Shown in pieces: positions 27,478-30,329 of a DNA stretch of 30,329 bases. The translations under genes were made by a program, and so were the position numbers. How positions within the stretch are numbered: the stretch's first letter is position 1; each line of letters starts with the position of its first letter. The notes under the pieces are model-generated. The model saw only the letters and a list, made by a program, of their open reading frames with translations, was not told the origin of the DNA and made no database searches. Location of the stretch: contig CAJWLU010000033.1 in assembly GCA_913043225.1 (NCBI GenBank), positions 1 to 30,329 on the forward strand, in the 5' to 3' direction. This DNA is from an uncultured Acidobacteriota bacterium (lineage in GTDB: Bacteria > Acidobacteriota > Vicinamibacteria > Vicinamibacterales > UBA8438).

Positions 27478-27483
27478 TAAAGG

Positions 27484-28365
27484 GTGCAGATCAACGAAGC
27501 CACCGCCTGGAACCTCCTCCGGGCCGTGCCTCCGGTTTCCGCGAGCACGCCATCGACCGTTCGCGTTCATGATACTGCACGCGACGGAGGTTGGCTCGAG
27601 GTGGCCCGGGACGGTGCCTGGGAGGTGTCGGGCCCGATCACCCCCGAGGCGGCAACCTTGCTCGACATCTTCATACCGTTACAGCGTACCCCGAGCTTCG
27701 TCGTCGGTCAGATCGGCCAGAGCCTTGACGGCCGCATCGCCACCATCGAAGGCCATTCCCACTATGTGACCGGTCCCGAGGACATCCGGCGCCTGCACCG
27801 TCTCCGCGCCATCGCTGACGCCGTCGTGGTCGGCGCGACTACCGTCGACCTCGACGACCCCCAACTAAACGTCAGACAGGCCGAGGGCCCGGACCCCGTC
27901 CGCGTCGTGCTGGACCCGAGCGGTCGGGTATCGAGCGATCGCGCAGTGCTGACCAATGCGGCGGGCTCGACCCTAATTCTCACCGGTCCGGCCGCGGCGG
28001 CCTCTCCCCACGGAGGGCAGGTGGAACGTCTCACGCTGGCGACCAGGACCGAGAAGGGAGCGCGCCCGCGCTTCGCACCGGCCGACGTGCTGGAGGTGCT
28101 AGCGACACGCGGCTTGCGCAGGGTGCTGGTCGAGGGTGGCGGAGTCACCGTCTCGGAATTCCTGGCCGCGGGCGTTCTGACGCGCCTGCACGTCGCCGTC
28201 TCGTCTCTGATCATCGGGTCCGGACGCGCAGCTTTCACCCTGCCACCGGTCACCCTGCTCGACCAAGCCCTGCGCCCCCCCACACGCGTGTTCCACCTGG
28301 GCGACGATGTGCTCTTCGATCTGGCTCTCGAAGGCCACCCCGAGCCAGCCGAGACCGGGGCCTAG
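27484..28365 (+). CDS. RibD C-terminal-type pyrimidine reductase (no deaminase domain)
   Basis: GQIGQSLDGRIAT, LHRLRAIADAVVVGATT, DDPQLNVR, RVVLDP, VLVEGGG; the N-terminal ~70 aa lack HAE/PCxxC. Confidence 0.9.
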   Translation: MQINEATAWNLLRAVPPVSASTPSTVRVHDTARDGGWLEVARDGAWEVSGPITPEAATLLDIFIPLQRTPSFVVGQIGQSLDGRIATIEGHSHYVTGPEDIRRLHRLRAIADAVVVGATTVDLDDPQLNVRQAEGPDPVRVVLDPSGRVSSDRAVLTNAAGSTLILTGPAAAASPHGGQVERLTLATRTEKGARPRFAPADVLEVLATRGLRRVLVEGGGVTVSEFLAAGVLTRLHVAVSSLIIGSGRAAFTLPPVTLLDQALRPPTRVFHLGDDVLFDLALEGHPEPAETGA

Positions 28366-29303
28366 GAGCCTCCTTCTGCCGACGTCCTTCGCACCGTCCG
28401 CATCGGCGACCGGAGCAGCATGAGTCCACCAGGTAAACTGCTTAAAAGCACCAGCACGCCATAGGCCACCGACACCACGACCCCGTCGGCTGCCGTCAGC
28501 CCGACCGCGCTCCAGAGCATAGCCGCCGCACCCTCCCTCAACCCCCAGCCGGCCACCGTCACCGGAAGGAGCATGGTCATCAGGACCGGCGCTACCAACG
28601 GCAGCAGCACCGCAACATCAGTCTCCACACCGACCGCTCGGGCGGCACACAGAAACGTAAGCAAATAGCTTGCGACCGCCGCCACGGCAGTGAGGAACTG
28701 GACCAGAAAGATTGAGGGAGTGAAGTGCGCGGTAATAAGTTCGCGAATAACCTGGTCAGCCAGAGATTCGCGTGATCCCTGGCGGCGCACCCAGGCAAAG
28801 ACTCCAGCCGCGATGAGGGCCACGAAAGCAATGGTGCCGGCCAGGACGGAGCCTGGCCCTGCTACCTGCGCGGGAAGCGTCAGTAACGACACCACCGCCA
28901 CGGTCGTCATGACGGCCTGCGCCGACAGTCGTTCGAAGATCACGGCCCGCGCGGCAGGTCCGCCGTTGTCAGTAGGCGGTGTCAGCACCCGCGCCTGTCG
29001 CCAGGCGCGCGACGCGTCACCCAGCACACCTCCGGGCAGAACCTGGTTCAGGAAGATCGACAGATAGTACTCCCGCCAGGCGGTCCCGAACGGTAACCCC
29101 ACGCCGAGTTGCGTGGCGGTGTAGCGCCATCGCCAGGCCAGCAGCGCCACCTGTGCCACAGAGAGGCCAAGCGCGGCCGCCACCCATCCGAGGTCCATGG
29201 CGGCCACCCGTGCCGCCACGGCTCGTAGGTCCAGCCACCAGCCCACTACTGCCAACAGCGCCACGCTGACGCCGATTCGAAGCAGTGGACCCGAGCGTTT
29301 CAT
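28362..29303 (-). CDS. Lysylphosphatidylglycerol-synthase TM domain / flippase-like membrane protein (UPF0104)
   Basis: LAWRWR, FLNQVLPGGVLGDASRAW, VIFERL, LPVTVAGWGLREG; ATG 29303 overlaps the upstream TGA. Confidence 0.88.
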   Translation of the reverse strand: MKRSGPLLRIGVSVALLAVVGWWLDLRAVAARVAAMDLGWVAAALGLSVAQVALLAWRWRYTATQLGVGLPFGTAWREYYLSIFLNQVLPGGVLGDASRAWRQARVLTPPTDNGGPAARAVIFERLSAQAVMTTVAVVSLLTLPAQVAGPGSVLAGTIAFVALIAAGVFAWVRRQGSRESLADQVIRELITAHFTPSIFLVQFLTAVAAVASYLLTFLCAARAVGVETDVAVLLPLVAPVLMTMLLPVTVAGWGLREGAAAMLWSAVGLTAADGVVVSVAYGVLVLLSSLPGGLMLLRSPMRTVRRTSAEGGS

Positions 29304-30328
29304 CGATTTCCAGGAGGCAGCGCGAGTAGGTCGACGTGTCCCACCTCGACGGTCACATGTCCGGCCGCCAGCGACCGCACACGGTCGTCTGCCCAGCGGG
29401 CCAGTTCCGACACTTGGTTCGGCTCGACCGAGGCGGCCACCTCCTGCCACCCCGCGACCAGCCTACGTACCAACGCGGCCTCAGTAGCGGCCAGCCGCCA
29501 GGGGCTTGGTTCGAGCCAGGTCCGGTAGCCGGCCGCCCGGAACAACCGTTCGGCGGTCACACCAGCGAGGGAACCGAGAGCTGGACCGAACCCCTTATCT
29601 CGCTGTTGATCGCTGTTCACCGCATCAAGGACGAGCGTGTCGAGGGCGCTCCGGACGGCCTCCGGTGCCATGCCTGCATCCACGAGGGCTTCCTTCGCGG
29701 CGGACTCCCGGAGCGGGGGGCCAGAGAGGCACTCCAGCATTCGCAGGAGCCCCTCTGAGACAGGCACGCTCCGGACTTCCATCAGCCCGCCGCCGGACAT
29801 CACCGACACCCGGAGCGTCGCGCCGTCCTCTACAGAGTAGGGCGATGCCATGACGAACGGGTCTACGGCCTCCCCGTTCGCCGTGGCCAGAAGGTGGCGT
29901 TCCAGGACGTGGGCGTGCGGAAGGCTGAGTGCGAGACGGGCCGCCTCGGCCAGGGCGTACGGAGACCCGGGTGGCATGCTGACCTGTCCGTAGAGAAAGA
30001 ACGGGTTCGCCTTGCTTGAGAAGCGGGTCGCGACCTCGTAGAGCGAGGTCTCCACCTTTGCGTACCGAGTCTCCGTCCGATCGGCAACGGGGACACGGCC
30101 GTACTGTCGGACGGCGCGGGCGAGGTCCAGCCCGGCATAGTCGACCGCGGCCATGAACCGGTCGTCGTGGAGCAGGGCGTCGAGTGCCTGCCGCTCGTCG
30201 CGTCTCGTCGCCACGTCGGCCTGGTCGGCGGCACGGTCCGCGTCGCGTCGCGCTTGCTCGTAGGCGGATGCGAGATCGGCGAGCGCCGCGGGGAGCCCGT
30301 CCGTGTCACGGACCGCCCGGCCGTTGAA
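29300..30328 (-). CDS. Partial, apparently chimeric ORF: lantibiotic/thiopeptide dehydratase (LanB)-like N-terminal fragment joined in frame to the C-terminal ~110 aa of a class I methyltransferase-like protein
   Basis: Frame open to the window edge: FNGR...ALDALLHDDRFMAAV...KVETSLYEVATRFSSKANPFFLYG (LanB-like); from ~29640 VNSDQQRDKGFGPALG...SPWRL...GW...VGHVDLLALP, matching my recollection of methyltransferases that precede the flippase in ribA/ribD clusters. Confidence 0.6.
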   Translation of the reverse strand, partial: FNGRAVRDTDGLPAALADLASAYEQARRDADRAADQADVATRRDERQALDALLHDDRFMAAVDYAGLDLARAVRQYGRVPVADRTETRYAKVETSLYEVATRFSSKANPFFLYGQVSMPPGSPYALAEAARLALSLPHAHVLERHLLATANGEAVDPFVMASPYSVEDGATLRVSVMSGGGLMEVRSVPVSEGLLRMLECLSGPPLRESAAKEALVDAGMAPEAVRSALDTLVLDAVNSDQQRDKGFGPALGSLAGVTAERLFRAAGYRTWLEPSPWRLAATEAALVRRLVAGWQEVAASVEPNQVSELARWADDRVRSLAAGHVTVEVGHVDLLALPPGNR

Positions 30329-30329
30329 C

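Noticed and set aside
26268..28365. Ordinary riboflavin operon
   Set aside because: No deaminase domain, intact RibB motifs, ribE, ribH or riboswitch; the genes are divergent and surrounded by envelope genes.
23846..28365. Toxoflavin/fervenulin cluster (methyltransferase + GCH II + RibD)
   Set aside because: No ToxC WD-repeat or ToxD-like gene nearby, and the RibD lacks the deaminase domain.
29640..30329. A RiPP (lanthipeptide/thiopeptide) cluster in this window
   Set aside because: Only a dehydratase-like fragment at a suspect junction; no precursor peptide, cyclase or YcaO seen.
1..30329. CRISPR array, tRNA/rRNA, IS or integrase
   Set aside because: No regularly spaced repeats, cloverleaf or rRNA-like tracts, or transposase/recombinase motifs were recognised by eye.

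Overview
A gene-dense, GC-rich bacterial window. The gene content (futalosine pathway, DUF5916 barrel, Tat-exported PQQ-like propeller, YtxJ) is compatible with an Acidobacteriota/Vicinamibacterales-like organism, but that is only an inference. The left half is mostly housekeeping: MtfA-type peptidase with a SEC-C tail, cyclophilin, PqiA, beta-propeller, dicarboxylate/amino-acid symporter, ACT-malic enzyme-mqnB-mqnD, dienelactone hydrolase, DUF423, ytxJ and hspQ. The right half holds two uncharacterised biosynthetic/envelope loci. (i) A translationally coupled operon of ABC exporter, two glycosyltransferases, PIG-L deacetylase and a Trm112-like/methyltransferase fusion, divergent from a DUF5916 outer-membrane protein. 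(ii) A locus with a variant GTP cyclohydrolase II, a reductase-only RibD, a creatininase/ArfB-like amidohydrolase, FkbM and other SAM methyltransferases, an LtaS/sulfatase-like membrane enzyme, an exported EEP phosphoesterase and an LPG-synthase-type flippase. Locus (ii) looks like a GTP-derived heterocycle being routed to the cell envelope rather than to riboflavin, and is the best candidate for an undescribed system. Both window ends carry stop-free in-frame hybrids of unrelated families (ABC-F ATPase::BNR sialidase-like on the left; lantibiotic dehydratase-like::methyltransferase on the right), most likely assembly chimeras. Many unit-leading genes have a TAnnnT -10 box 6-8 nt before the start codon (leaderless pattern). 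No rRNA, tRNA, CRISPR array or transposase was recognised.
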